64,000 nucleotides of DNA, from contig OX597837.1 in assembly GCA_951406725.2 (NCBI GenBank), positions 23,808,001 through 23,872,000 of the forward strand. The letters are read 5' to 3'. Below, piece by piece: positions 24,476 through 38,235 of this stretch; within the stretch, counting starts at the first letter, position 1, and every line of letters starts with the position of its first letter. The stretch is from Octopus vulgaris. Lineage: Eukaryota. The position numbers and the translations under genes were made by a program. Below the pieces are notes generated by a model, which saw only the letters and a program-made list of their open reading frames with translations, searched no databases and was not told where the DNA came from.

Positions 24476-25534
24476 TGTATAGTCTCAATGCATATTTTTC
24501 TTTTTTCCCCTTAATGTAACTTCACCACCACCACCACCACTGTTTCTGCAAGCTGTCTGTATTATACCCATTCTTTGTTCATATCCCTTAAGTGCAATTT
24601 GGCTGCTATTTCTTGCAGGCCAAATTTGTAAGGCTCTATCCTATCACAGAAGTGTTGATTTATCCCTAGATCAGTCCTAATTCCACAGCCCTGTGATCAA
24701 AGGTGATTTATAATTATACCTTATCCTGTGCATCCTTTCACTGTTTAAGACAGCAAGGTGTGATTTGAGAGAGAGATTTGGTTGTTGTTTCTTGCAGGTT
24801 ATTTAACCACATAGAGAGTCCATTATAGGAATGAGGTAATTAGATAAAGTGTCGGAAGGTGTTTCAGCCTCCTCATCTGATGAAATTGGTGCAAGAGATC
24901 AATACATAGGAAGATATTGATTTGTAAACCTGGCCAACGTATACATGCACAAAATGCCAGACTTCTAAGCTAATACAGAGATATTGGACAGAAGACAGTT
25001 TGAAATTTATGTTCTCTCTCCCTCTCTCTTTTATTCTTTACTATTTTCAGTCTTTGGACTGCGGCGATACTGAGGCACTGCCTTGAAGTGTTTTAGTCAA
25101 ATGAATCAACTTACTTTTTAAGGCTTGGTACTTAGTACGTATATTGGTGTCTTTTGCTGAGCCACGAGGTTACAAGAATGTAAACAAACCAATACTAGTT
25201 CTCAAGTACACAAAAACACACACACAAGCACATATTTGTATGTGTGTATGTATATATATATATATATATATATGTACACGTGTGTGAGAAAGAAGTTTAT
25301 CTTAGAGACAAAACCACTATTTTGCAAATCAAACAAAGAAAGACTTAATCCAATACATAAAAAAATTTTAATATAAAGTAAATAAAATTAAATTCGCCAC
25401 TACATTTTGTCTCTAATTAATATTATATAATATTTTACTATAAAATTGGATTCAATCCTAAATCTGATTTTTCCCTGTAAATTTGGATTTATTCCCTAAT
25501 ATTTATTATTATATATATATATATATATATATAT

Positions 25535-25725
25535 AAGGGGAGAGTTTACGAAAAAACAAAAGACGAAGACAGGTGGTGTACAAAACAAACAGATGTATTA
25601 GTATAATGCTCAGGAATAGAAAAAGTCTTTTACGTTTCGAGCCTACGTTCTTCTACAGAAAGGGACATAGAAAAAACAAGGAGAGAAAAAAAATGTGTGT
25701 AGTGGCTAACAATCTATCATGGCGA
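25535..25725 (-). mobile_element. Solo pLTR, family G
   Basis: Homologous to 20710-20950; next to (TA)n. Confidence 0.75.
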
Positions 25726-25746
25726 CTCTCTCTCTCTCTCTCTCTA

Positions 25747-25785
<39 letters not shown>

Positions 25786-25968
25786 GACTTCTTTCAGTTT
25801 CCATCTACCAAATTCACTCACAAGGCTTTGGTAAGCCCAAGGCCATAGTAGAAGACACTTATCAAAATTGCATTGCAGTGGGACTGAACCTGGAACGATG
25901 TGGTTGGGAAGCTTATGTCTTACCACACAGCCACATCTGCACCTATATATATATATGTGTGTGTATAA

Positions 25969-25999
<31 letters not shown>

Positions 26000-26159
26000 T
26001 GGGGCAGGGACGTATAAGTAACTGGGGGTTGGAGTATGAACCACTCAGCCACTGCACCCCACTCCATAGAATGTTGTTGTTGTCATTGTTTTAATGGTTA
26101 TTAACATTATTCTGGAGAATGAGGTTGGTAACAATGATGGCAGGGATGATAGTGGACCA

Positions 26160-27630
26160 ACACTATGACTGCTACTATCACCACTACCACTACTACTACT
26201 AATGATAATGATGATGATGATGATGATGAGGTGAGGCTGATGATGACAGTGTTTATGGCTGCAGAGATAGCAAAATCATTGCTGGGTTAACTTAATGATT
26301 ATTAACGAATAAGCAAGAAAAAAAGGAAAAGAAGGACGAAGGAAGGAAGAAAAAGAGGCAAGCGGTGGTGGTGGTGGAGGTAGCGGTGGGGACCGTAGAT
26401 GGTGATGGGGGTGATGGGTGGTGGGGATGATTGATGGTGTTGGCGGTGGTGATGGGTGGTGGAGATGATGGATGGTGTTGGCGGTGGTGGTGGTGGTGTT
26501 GGCGGTGGTGGTGGTGGTGGTGGTGGTGGTGGTGGTGATGTTTAGGTAGAAACCTCATAAAGTTGTAGTTCTGATGTCTTTTGAAATGGTTCATTTGTAA
26601 GTAAATGTTTATTAGCTGAATATCTTATTCCTTTTGTACGACAAGAGTGATTGAAGTGCCAGGCAGCTGCAGGCTGCAACCCCCAATCTCTCTCTCTCTC
26701 TCTCTCTCTCTCATGCTGCTGCTGCTACTCCTGCTGCTGCTGTTTGCCATCTGATTTCTTTGCTAGTCAAAAAGAATTTCAGTGTTTGTTGAAAGATAAC
26801 TGGAACCCTGCCAACAGTTTTGTCCACACAAATCAATAAAATGGAAGTCCAGCGGTCTGGCCCTGCCCTTCACCCTGACCAACCAACTGACAATGATGAT
26901 GATGATGCTAACGAAGATGATGACGAGAATGATGACGATAACGTTGTTATTAAACTACTTCAATCATTTCTCTTTCATTGTTTATTATTTTGAAGGAACA
27001 GCCCAACATTTTTTTTTTTATTTTATTTAAATTTTTTTTATTCAATTTTTTGTCAGTTTTTTCCACACTTGCAGACAACCTCTTCTTCTCCCCCCCCCTT
27101 TTTCTCTCTCTTCACACACACACACATCCTTATGCAGCATATAAATTGGAAATATATACTGTGTCGTGCCCTTGTATGTTCTACACAACTTGTAGTCGAC
27201 ACCCGTACCACCACCCTTGTCATTGCCAACACTAGAACCGCTACCACCATCACCTTCAGCATTGTTGTTGTCCTCATCAACCTGCCCCACCCCCACCACT
27301 TCTGCCACCATCATTATCATCATTCCATCTATCATCATCATCATTGTTGCCACTGTTGCTAGCACTACCACCATCACTATCATCATCATCATCATCATCC
27401 CTCACCTCCATCATCACCACCACCACCACCACTGTCACTACCACCACCACCACCACCATCATCATCATCATCCCCATCTCCATTATGACCACCACCATTA
27501 CCACCATCATCATCACCCTCTCCACCCCCATCCTCATCATCCTCATCATTATAATTGTCATAATCATTATCAGCATTACTCTTACCACTGCCATCACTAC
27601 CACTACCACCATCATCACCATAATCAAAAC
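26160..27630. repeat. Low-complexity GGT/GAT tract (26160-26540) and CAC/CAT tract (27200-27630) flanking a unique block
   Basis: Direct reading of trinucleotide runs. Confidence 0.8.
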
Positions 27631-27792
27631 CTTTATTGTCATTCAATGTTACCTGCCCCTCCTTTGGCCAGGAATGTCAGATAGATTCACTCAATCTGGT
27701 AACCATGGTGAAAGACATTGCAAGAGGGACACAATTGAAGGCTTCTTTCTCTTTGACCAAGCTCTCATCAACTTTTTCTTCTCGAGTCATTG

Positions 27793-27831
<39 letters not shown>

Positions 27832-28849
27832 TGAACAGGACTCACTTGATGGGCCCACTTTTAACATTTTCAGTCCATGTTAGAAAAAGGGACACATGTA
27901 CCTGACAGTCAGGTTAATTTTTGATCTTTAGTGTGTTTTGGTTGGCAGAAACGTTAGTACGTTTTCATCTGCCATTACGTTCAAATTCCGTCGAGGTCAA
28001 CTTTGCGTTTCATCCTTTCGGGGTCGATAAATTAAGTACCAGTTACACACTGCCGTTTTTTCTAGTGGTGTCATATGAAATTGTCACCCATAATTATGAC
28101 CCTAGAATCAATCTATTGCATTTCAATCTATTTTAGATTTAGGGTGAGTTAGGGTTTGGGATGGGGGAAGGGTATCTTTTTTTCTTCGCAAATGTAAATA
28201 AACCCAATCTGTTACTTGAACGAGGGACATATTCATATGGCACAGAATGTTTTCACCTCAATAGACGGTCGTTGATTGGTTGAAATTGCCGAAATGCAAG
28301 AAATTAAAGACCAAATATCTTACAAACTATAGAATTTTCTCAAGAAAGCCAAGAGAAAAAGATGTTTTATAAACACATTCTACCAGTATACGAAGTTTAG
28401 AATTTTTTAGTTACCTAGAAATCATGTTAAAAACTGCCATTCAAACCGAAAAGATCCCAGCCTTGGGTCCAGCAGAGCTTTGGGAGTGGATTTGGGAGAC
28501 AAACTAAAAGAAGCCCGCCATATATGTATGAGTTGGTGTGTGTGTCTTTGTTTGTCACCCAGCACCTCTTGATAACAGGTACTGGTGTGTTTACATCCCC
28601 TTAACTTAGCAATTCAGCAAAAGATACTGATAGAAGAAGTACCAGGCTTAAAAAAAAAATGGGGTCAATTTGTTTGACTAAAATCCTTTGAGGTGGTACC
28701 CCAGCATGGCCGCAGTCTAATGACTAAACCACATAAAAGATACTTCTGTACATACATACACTGCTTTATGTTTCACTACCATATGCCATTTCTCATCATG
28801 AACTATGTATAGTCCTTTGACATTCACCATCCATGTTTCACTACCATAT

Positions 28850-29185
28850 TGAGACCCCCTTCGGTCATGACTGACCGTGAGATTACACCTAGAAAGTTAC
28901 CCTCTCAAGCACAAGTCCAGGCAAGGTTGTTTGTGGAAGACCAGCAGTTGCCCATGCATTCCGGCCTCCCTCTCTACGCCACCAGTGTTATCCAAGGGAA
29001 AGGCAAAGGGGCCGATACAGCTTGGCACCTGTGATATCACAACTCATTTCTACAGATGAGTGAACTGCAGCAACATAAAATAAAGTGCCTTGCTCAAGAA
29101 CACAACACGCAGCCCAGTCCGGGATTCGAACTCACAACCTCATGATCGTAAACTTGACACTCTAACTTTGAGCCATACACCTTCT
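28850..29185 (-). mobile_element. SINE family H
   Basis: Reverse homologue of 3278-3592 with B-box GTTCGAATCCC. Confidence 0.8.
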
Positions 29186-29654
29186 TTCACTACTATACAA
29201 CATTACAAATGATATACACTCTACATATATAGTTAGTACTTTACATTTACTCTCCAAGTTTCACTACTGTACAGTGACAAAACTTACACAGGAATCTAGT
29301 AAGTTTTCAAGATAAATATATTTAATAACATTAAAGTAGCACCAAAGTTTCATTTAATGGTGATTGGATTGTAAGGTTTTTGAATATTTATATTTAGGTT
29401 GAGTAGAGCTTTTTGCGTTTTCTTTTCATCACCTCTCGACAATAATGGAGAAATTGTGTATTGGTGAAAAAGAAGTGAAAACATAAACGCTACAAACATT
29501 GGTTTGTTGGAAGGTAACTATCATCATCATCATTGTCATCATCATCTTCGTTATTGTTGTTGATGGCTGTGGTGTTGTTACTGTCATAAGAAGAAGAAAA
29601 ACAATGACAACTAGAACAACAATAATTGGTTTATATTTTGTTGTCAGAGCATTG

Positions 29655-30450
29655 GCATATTGAGAGAGAAGTTGGGCATAAGAAGAATTATATGCAGTGT
29701 GCCAGAGAGGGGGCTGTGCTGGTTTGGTCATGTGCTGCAAATGTATGGGGGACAGTTGCATGAAGAAGTGCCGATCACTTAAAGTGGATGGAAGTTGTAG
29801 TAGAAGGAGACCCAAGAAGACATGGGACAAAGTATTGAAGGCCAATCTCAAAACATTGGATCTTGGAGATGACAGAGGACCGTGATATGTTGCATATTGC
29901 CATACTTGAGAACACTCGCCCACCACAACAGAACTGAGATCCTAAAACCAAGGTGCCATTTAAAAAGCATTGGTCTGGGTGCTGGTGCCACATAAAAAGC
30001 ACTCAGTACACTCTGAAAGTGGAGGCACATGGCCTAGTGGTTACAGCAGCGGACTCGCAGTCAAAGGATTGTGGGTTCGAATCTCAGACTAGGTGATGTG
30101 TGTGTTTATGAGTGAAACACCTAAGCTCCACATGGCTCTGGTAGAAGGTAATGGCGAACTTCTGCTGACTCTTCCGCCACAACTTTCTCTCACTCTTTCT
30201 CCTGCATCTTACAGCTCACCTGTGACGGACTGGCGTCCCATCCAGGTGGGGAATCTATACTCCAAGCAAACCAGGAAACCGGCCCTAGCCAGGCGTGGCT
30301 CAAGAAGGAACAAACAAAAACAAAGACACTGAAAAGTGGTTGGCATTAGGAAAGGCATCCAGCTGTAGAAACCAAGCCAAAACTGGTGTGACCCCTGGCC
30401 TTGCTAGTTCCTGCCAAGCTGTCCAACCCATGCCAGATGATGATGATGAA
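29655..30450 (+). mobile_element. RTE-clade LINE 3' fragment (RT C-terminus plus tail) interrupted by SINE D
   Basis: WFGHV...DSCMKKCRSLKVDGSCSRRRPKKTWDKVLKANLKTLDL, then the family E tail. Confidence 0.8.
30021..30325 (+). mobile_element. SINE family D (tRNA head, V-domain-like body)
   Basis: TGGCCTAGTGG and GGTTCGAATC boxes; CCTGTGACGGACTGGCGTCCCATCCAGG resembles the V-SINE domain; copies at 33472-33775 and 7780-7895 (partial). Confidence 0.8.
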
Positions 30451-30799
30451 AGTTTTTGCACAAGGCCAGTAATTTTTTTTTAGGGTTAGGTTGAATGTTA
30501 ATTACATCAACACCAGTGTTCAGCAGGTACTTATTTTATCAATCCTGAAAGGGTGAAATGCAAAACTGACCTTGATAAGATTTGAACTCAGGGTGCAATG
30601 ATGCAGAAGAAATGCTGATAAGCATTTTGCCCAGTGTGCTAACAATTCTGCCAGCTCACCACTTTAGTCATGGATGGGAAATATTATCTTGCTTGGAAAC
30701 AGGTGAATGTTAGTGACAAGAAAATCTGCTTCAACAAATCCTGTCCAACCCAAACTAGCAAGGAAAAGTGAATGTTAGATTATGTTGATGATAATCTTT

Positions 30800-31452
30800 A
30801 ATTCTTTATTGCCCACAAGGGGCTAAACATAGAGGGGACAAACAAGGACAGACAAATGGATTAAGTCGATTACATTGACCCCAGTGCGTAACTGGTACTT
30901 ATTTAATCGACCCTGAAAGGATGAAAGGCAAAGTTAACCTTGGCGGAATTTGAACTCAGAACGCAGCAGCAGACAAAATACCTATTTCTTTACTACCCAC
31001 AAGGGGCTAAACACAGAGAGGACAAAGAAGGACAGACAAACGGATTAAGTCGATTACATTGACCCCAGTGCGTAACTGGTACTTATTTAATCGACCCCGA
31101 AAGGATGAAAAGCAAAGTTAACCTCGGCAGAATTTGAACTCAGAACATAGCGGCAGACGAAATACCAAGCATTTCGCCCGGCATGCTGACGGTTCTGCCA
31201 GCTCGCTGCCCTAATAATTATATTTTTTTACTACCCACAAGGGGCTAAACACAGAGGGGACAAAAAAGGACAGACAAATGGATTAAGTCAATTACATCAA
31301 CCCCAGTGCGTAACTGGTACTTAATTTATCGACCCCGAAAGGATGAAAAGCAAAGTCGACCTTGGTGGAATTTGAACTCAGAACGCAGCAGCAGACGAAA
31401 TACCACTAAGCATTTCACCCGGCGTGCCAACGTTTCTGCCAGCTCGCCGCCT
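30800..31452 (-). mobile_element. Tandem cluster of three SINE B units
   Basis: CCCACAAGGGGCTAAAC...TTTGAACTCAGAAC repeated three times. Confidence 0.85.
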
Positions 31453-32130
31453 TAAATTATGTTGGTGATAATGATATGTGTGTGCACATGTGTATGTGTG
31501 TGCACATGTGTATGTGTGTGTGTGTGTGTGTTTATTTGTTTGTGTAAACTTGACTGACATAATTCAATCCCTGTTTCTTCTTTTATCATATCATATGTTA
31601 GGCTAAAATATAGGACTAATATCATTCCTGTTGTTCTTCCTAGAATTGTACTGACTGTCCACTCCTTTTATGTGGTTGCAGTCACGTAAACCCTTCCTGA
31701 TTTGTTTGGCATTCACAGATTGGCTTATATCAGCCTTGTTAGTTTATGTTTATTTACAGTCGTATCAAAGTCAACAGTTCACCCGTGCACTCCACCTATT
31801 TTACTTGTTCTTGTCATTACCCCCTCCCCCATTATCATCACAAATACTATGGTACTCCACTCACCACCAATTTTTATCAGCAATTCAAAAAAAAACAACT
31901 CTATTATTACTACTACTACTACAACACCCCCACCTCCCTCGTCACAAACTTCCTTCGCCACCATCCAACTCTTTGACTAACTACTTGGCAACAAACTAAA
32001 GTAAAATCTCCACCCGCCCACCCCTATTCCACACACACACACACATACACATAAATACAATTCATTATTCTGCTATAATTTTCGTAGACTATATGTAATA
32101 AATGAAAATTTGTGTAATACATCTGTATGC

Positions 32131-32174
<44 letters not shown>

Positions 32175-32288
32175 GCGTGAAGAAACGGTCACTCTCATAA
32201 CACACTTGTTTCATTCTGTATTTCTGTTTGATATGCAACACACAGGAATAAAGAGTGAGACAAAAGTATGGGAGTCTTAGCTTCTTCA

Positions 32289-32345
<57 letters not shown>

Positions 32346-32625
32346 GTATACATTTATACACACACACACACATACATAGATCATCATCATTCAATGTTCA
32401 TTTCCCATGCTGGCATTGGTTGGACAGCTTAAATAGAATTGGTAAGACTAGGGGACTGCACCAGGCTCTATGGTCTGTTCTGGTTTTGGTTTCTATGTCC
32501 TGATGCCCTTCCTAATGCCAACCACTTTACAGGTTGTACAAGGTGCTTTTTATGTGGCACCAGTATTAATTCAGCTATGGCAGATAGGTCTTCTTGAGTA
32601 AAGCAAGGCACTAGATTTCTCAGTC

Positions 32626-32662
<37 letters not shown>

Positions 32663-32931
32663 TTCCCTTCCTTGGACCTTTCTGTTTTCTATGTTTCTGA
32701 CGAAGAGCTCCGCTCTAAGCATTAAATCATCTTTCTTTCTTTCCTTTCCTGAGCATCCAATAACACTATACTTGTTCCACATCCTCACATTGTTGTGTTT
32801 TCACTTTGTTCATGTTTGGATTAACTATATATACATATATATATATAACAAAGTTGAGTTGTGGGGTATCGCACGAGTGGAATTATATACGAAATATATA
32901 TCTTTTAAATTGCATTTTCAAACCTTCTTTC

Positions 32932-32967
<36 letters not shown>

Positions 32968-33159
32968 TTGTTCCAGTTATTTGACTGTGGCCATGCTGGA
33001 GCATATATATATATATATTTCATTTATCCATTTTTACGTTTGTTTTCTCATGCCAGCATGTATTAAACAAATATATTATTGAGGCATTGTTTCAGAACTG
33101 GATGCCTTTCCTGTTGCTAACCATTATGTTTTTACTCAAGTGAGATTTATATCTATACA

Positions 33160-33470
33160 TACTCATGATCTTGCTTCTATAGTGGAATTTGTAACAAAAT
33201 TAGGAAAGGAATGGCAGGTGTGGAAGTAAAACCTGGAATTGAAGGGCCTAAAAGTTAACTTAACAAAGACCAAAGTTCTATTAAGCAGAAAAACAGAAAG
33301 GACTCTGCCCCTATCAGTTAAATGGCCCTCCTTAATATATAGGCAAGGTGAAGCCAGGAATTTTATTCGGTGTACCCAGTGCAAGCTATGGACACATGAG
33401 ATGTGCAGTAGAATCATAGGAAGACTATCAGAGAAAGTAGTGTTTGTATGTGGAAAATGCACAGATGCCA
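33160..33470 (+). pseudogene. RTE-clade RT fragment with Cys-rich insert
   Basis: LKGLKVNLTKTKVL...IRCTQCKLWTHEMCSRIIGRL...FVCGKC. Confidence 0.75.
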
Positions 33471-33471
33471 T

Positions 33472-33775
33472 GGAGGCACATGGCCTAGTGGTTAGAGTAG
33501 CAGACTCACAGTCGAGAGATCGTGGGTTCGAAGCTCAGACCGGGCGATGTGTGTGTTTATGAGCGAAACACCTAAGCTCCACAAGGCTCCGACAGAAGGT
33601 AATGGCAAACTTCTGCTGACTCTTTCGCCACAACTTTCTCTCACTCTTTCTTCCTGCGTCTTGCAGCTCACCTGCAACGGACCAGTGTCCCATCCGGGTG
33701 GGGAACCTATACACCAAGGAAACTGGGAAACCAGCCCTTATGAGCCAGGCATGGCTCAAGAATGAAGGAACAAAC
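33472..33775 (+). mobile_element. SINE family D
   Basis: Matches 30021-30325. Confidence 0.85.
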
Positions 33776-35711
33776 ATCCTCCATCTGATTGTGCTCAAAT
33801 TTGATATGTAGATACCAACGATATCAGGGCGTGTATAAGTTTTGAAAAAATTACAAAAATCGATTCCAGGTGAGAATGCCATTGATTAAAGCCATTTTGT
33901 CCTGCTTTTCTTCTGTCAACCTGTACATAACTGCACCTTCCATTTTTTGTTGTTTTTGTACTGCTTAAAGGCACGTTTCTTTCCTGCCAAGCTTAATGTT
34001 TAAACCATGTTTTCGTTCTCCCAGTCAACAGCCCTATGATTACTGGTACTTTAAACTCTTCAGTTGCATATTTGTGTGAATAAAATCATTTTTCTTTGGA
34101 ATAGAAAAAAAGTCTATCTTTATTTCTTCTTTTGCTGGTGTCTCAAATTTAGGTTAAATCAGTGTTTCTCAAAGGGGAGGCCTATGGGACGGTCGAACAA
34201 GTTGTTTTGAGAAAATTTGGTTTAAATGTTTGACAACTCAGCACCATCCATTGGACGGGGAGCGTTTTGCTCGTAGACTTATAAAGCTGGTTTCCTGGAT
34301 TCTGAGGTGTATATATTCTCCTATTGGATGAAACACCGATCCATTGCAGGATTACTTATTTTTGTTAACTGAGGTGAACTGGAGTAGTGTGAAATGAAGT
34401 GTTTTGCTCAAGAACACAATACATCACCCAATCCAGGAATTGAAACCACAATCTTACAATCATGAGTACAACACAATAACCACTGAGCCACATGGCTCCA
34501 TAATGTTCTGAATGAAAAGAGATTTAATGTATTGGTATGTTCTCTGTGAACCAGTGTAGAACTGTGCTTCAACTCTTATCAGACCATTTTCACTTAAGTT
34601 ATTGTTAATATCATTGGAAAATGTATTAATGCCATGGCTTCTCATTCCTCCTAACCTATATTTGTACATTTGATGTATTGTTATATCCAAAACTAATACA
34701 CTTTTTCTCATTCTTTTTCTCTTCTTCAAACACACGTTCACATTCATGAATACATACACACATGCACATGTATATATATATATATCTATGTACCCCCTGG
34801 AGAAATCAAATACAGCTATATTCCAAACCTACATCCATTCTGGCAACTTGAAATAATCAATTTTGCTGATACATTCCATTCTGTGAAGTTCCGTAGCCTT
34901 TTCTGAGAGTGCATTGTTGCAAATTTTAGCCACCTTAGAATTACCATTTCTTATCAACAACACTGCTTCAATTTTATTTATTTATTCATTTTTATTTATG
35001 TTTCGAGTCTTGTCTTCAGTAGAAAAAGTGATAAAAGAAATAAGGAATGGCTCTTTAATTTGGTTGTCATAAATTTAGTCTTATTTCTCCCTGGCACTTC
35101 AGTGAAGCGTCTTGTTTTGCTTTTGTTTTAATAGTTTTGTTCATGAGGAAACTATTTCGTCACCTGTGGAATTTTCTACAGGAGAATAAGTTTAAATGTT
35201 TTACATATATGTTGGTAAGTGCTCTGTGTTGGTTGGTGTTCATCTGAGCAGTTATCTTGCATGGTTGTGTAATATGAAACTTGCTTCCCAAGCATGTTTT
35301 CGTGGGTTCCATCTCACTAAATGAAGTTTTGGGAAAGTATCTTCTACAACAACCTTGGGCCTACCAAAGCCTTGTGAGTAAGTTTGATAGGTGGAAACTG
35401 AAAGAAGTATATATCCCTACACATTTTAAAAAATTCTCTCTCCATTTTTCCCTCTCAGCCCTTTCTGTCGAAGAGCCCAGAGACTTTTCCATTCTTTCCT
35501 AGCATTAAACTAATACACCTGCTTATTTCTCCCTCACCTATCTTTGATTTTGTTTTCGTATATTTGAACTATATATATCATCATCATCATCACACACACA
35601 CAAACACAAGGTACATTCCTGAGGTTTTGAGACTTTTCAGGTCAGACATTATTCATTTCAAAGAAGTAATAAAACTCTAATCTCCTTCAAAATAAGATCT
35701 TCTAACACACA

Positions 35712-35760
<49 letters not shown>

Positions 35761-35761
<1 letters not shown>

Positions 35762-36095
35762 GGCATCTTGGGCAAGTGTCTTCTGCTATAGCCCCGGGCC
35801 GACCAATGCCTTGTGAGTGGATTTGGTAGATGGAAACTGAAAGAAGCCTGTCGTATATATGTATATGTATGTATGTGTGTTTGTGTGTCTGTGTTTCTCC
35901 CCCTAGCATTGCTTGACAACCGATGCTGGTGTGTTTACGTCCCCGTCACTTAGCGGTTCGGCAAAAGAGACCGATAGAATAAGTACTGGGCTTACAAAGA
36001 ATAAGTCCCGGGGTCGATTTGCTCGACTAAAGGTGGTGCTCCAGCATGGCCGCAGTTAAATGACTGAAACAAGTAAAAGAGTAAAGTGTAAAAGA

Positions 36096-36097
<2 letters not shown>
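35761..36097 (+). mobile_element. SINE family A, 5'-truncated
   Basis: Matches family A from the CORE-like segment onward. Confidence 0.85.
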
Positions 36098-36134
<37 letters not shown>

Positions 36135-36135
<1 letters not shown>

Positions 36136-36640
36136 CAGATGCAATGTGCAAGATAGAGAACTGCACTGGTTTGATCATGTGATACATGTGGATGTTGAGA
36201 GTTGCATGCAGAAGTGCAGATTACTTAAAGTCAATAAAACTTGTGTAAGTGGGACATCCAGAAAGACATGGGATGAGGTATGGAAAACTGATCTCAAGGC
36301 ATTGAGCTTTACAAAGGAGATGTCAAGAGGCCAAGATAAGAATACCTTACTGTACTCAAGTAGATTCATCTGCCACAGCAGAATTGATATCGGTGCTGGT
36401 GCCACATAAAAAGCACTGGTGCTGGTGCCATGTTAAAAGTACTGGTGCTGGTGTCGCATATAATGCACCCAGTACACTCTGTAGAGTGGATGGTATCAGG
36501 AAGGCATCCAGCCATAGAAATCATACCAGAAAAGACAACAGAGGCTGACGTGGTCCCCGGCCTTACCCAGCCTCAATCAAACTGTCCAACCCATGCCAAC
36601 ATGGAAAACAAAATTAAATAATGATGATGATGATGACAAT
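36135..36640 (+). mobile_element. RTE LINE 3' fragment
   Basis: RELHWFDHVIHV...RKTWDEVWKTDLKAL, then the family E tail and (GAT)n. Confidence 0.75.
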
Positions 36641-36671
36641 GATCTACATATATATATATATATATATATAT

Positions 36672-36843
36672 AGGGAGAGTTTATGAAAAAAACAAAAGAC
36701 GAAGACAGGTGGTGTACAAGACAAACAGATATATTAGTATAACACTGAGGAATAGAAAAAGTCTTTTATGTTTCGAGCCTATGCTCTTCTACAGTAAGGG
36801 ACACAGAAAAAAATGTGTAGTGGCTAATGATTTATCATGGCGA
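36672..36843 (-). mobile_element. Solo pLTR, family G
   Basis: Homologous to 25535-25725; (TA)n on both sides. Confidence 0.75.
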
Positions 36844-37051
36844 ATATATATATATATATATATTTATTTTTCTTACAACTAAAAATAAGGGTGTCTGAGA
36901 GACACAACCATGCCAAAATAGCAGTCAAATCCCTGACTCTAAGAACCTTATTTTTAGTTGTAAAAAATTATTACCTTTGTATGGTACTTATTCCCATGCT
37001 GGCCACTTGATAATATCGATATTTAAATATCGATATTATCCTTATTTATAA

Positions 37052-37083
<32 letters not shown>

Positions 37084-37488
37084 ATATATAAAGCAGATAT
37101 ACAAATACATACATACGCACATATGTACACATAGTGAGGTACACATCTGCAGTTAGTCAAAATCCAATAAAACTGAAAGTAAAATGAAAGCTAGAAACAA
37201 CTGGAACATTTTCTGTATTGCCATGCAACCCAGTGTTTCCTGACTTCTCTTTTACTTCCTTCGTTGAGGTTTTGGTGCTCAGGTGTGAAGAATCTTTAAT
37301 GCCAAACAGCAAATGTTCTTAAACTGCCAACTATTTTGTAATCCAATTAATTTCTTATTACCACAAGTTTCTTTGTTTATTGTCTTTTTTTACATTTTAT
37401 TTAGAAAACTGCAAATTTCTTTGTTTTCTGGTATTTCATGTATTTCATGGTTCCTTTTGTTTTTTAGTTTTTTAAATTTATATTAGTG

Positions 37489-37541
<53 letters not shown>

Positions 37542-37716
37542 TATTATTATTATTATTATGAAGCATGGGTGTGTGGTTAAGACGCTTGCTTTGTAACTAC
37601 ATGGTTTTAAGTTCAGTCCCATTACTCAGTACCTTCAGCAATTGTTTTCTACTATAGCGCTGAGCCAACCGATGCTTTGTAAGTGAAATTGGTAGAAGGA
37701 AATTGTGAGGATGCCT

Positions 37717-37750
<34 letters not shown>

Positions 37751-37891
37751 CTGAGTTCATATTCTGCTGAGGTCAACTTCACTTTTCACCCTTTCAGGAT
37801 CAATAAAACAAGAACCAGTCAGGCAATGAGGTTGATGTAATTGACTAATTCCTTCCCTACAAATTTTAGATTTTGTGCATATAGGAGAAAG

Positions 37892-37892
37892 A

Positions 37893-37945
<53 letters not shown>

Positions 37946-38235
37946 TTTCATTATTAATTGTATTTAGATCATTATTATTATTATTATTATTTTCATTATT
38001 AATTGTATTTAGATCATTATTATTATTATTATTATTATTTTCATTATTAATTGTATTTAGATCATTATTATTATTATTATTATTTTCATTATTAATATTA
38101 TTACTATTATTATTATCATTATTATTATTATCATTATTAGTATTATCAAGATCATTAATATTATTATTATTATTATCATTATTATTATTATTAATATTAT
38201 TATCATCATTATTATCATTATTATTATTATTATTA
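37892..38235. repeat. (TTA)n microsatellite with a higher-order unit of about 50 bp
   Basis: TTCATTATTAATTGTATTTAGATC occurs three times within the TTA run. Confidence 0.85.

Noticed and set aside
27042-27796. Poly-His/Thr/Met/Asp ORFs
   Set aside because: Trinucleotide low complexity open in most frames; no domain signature
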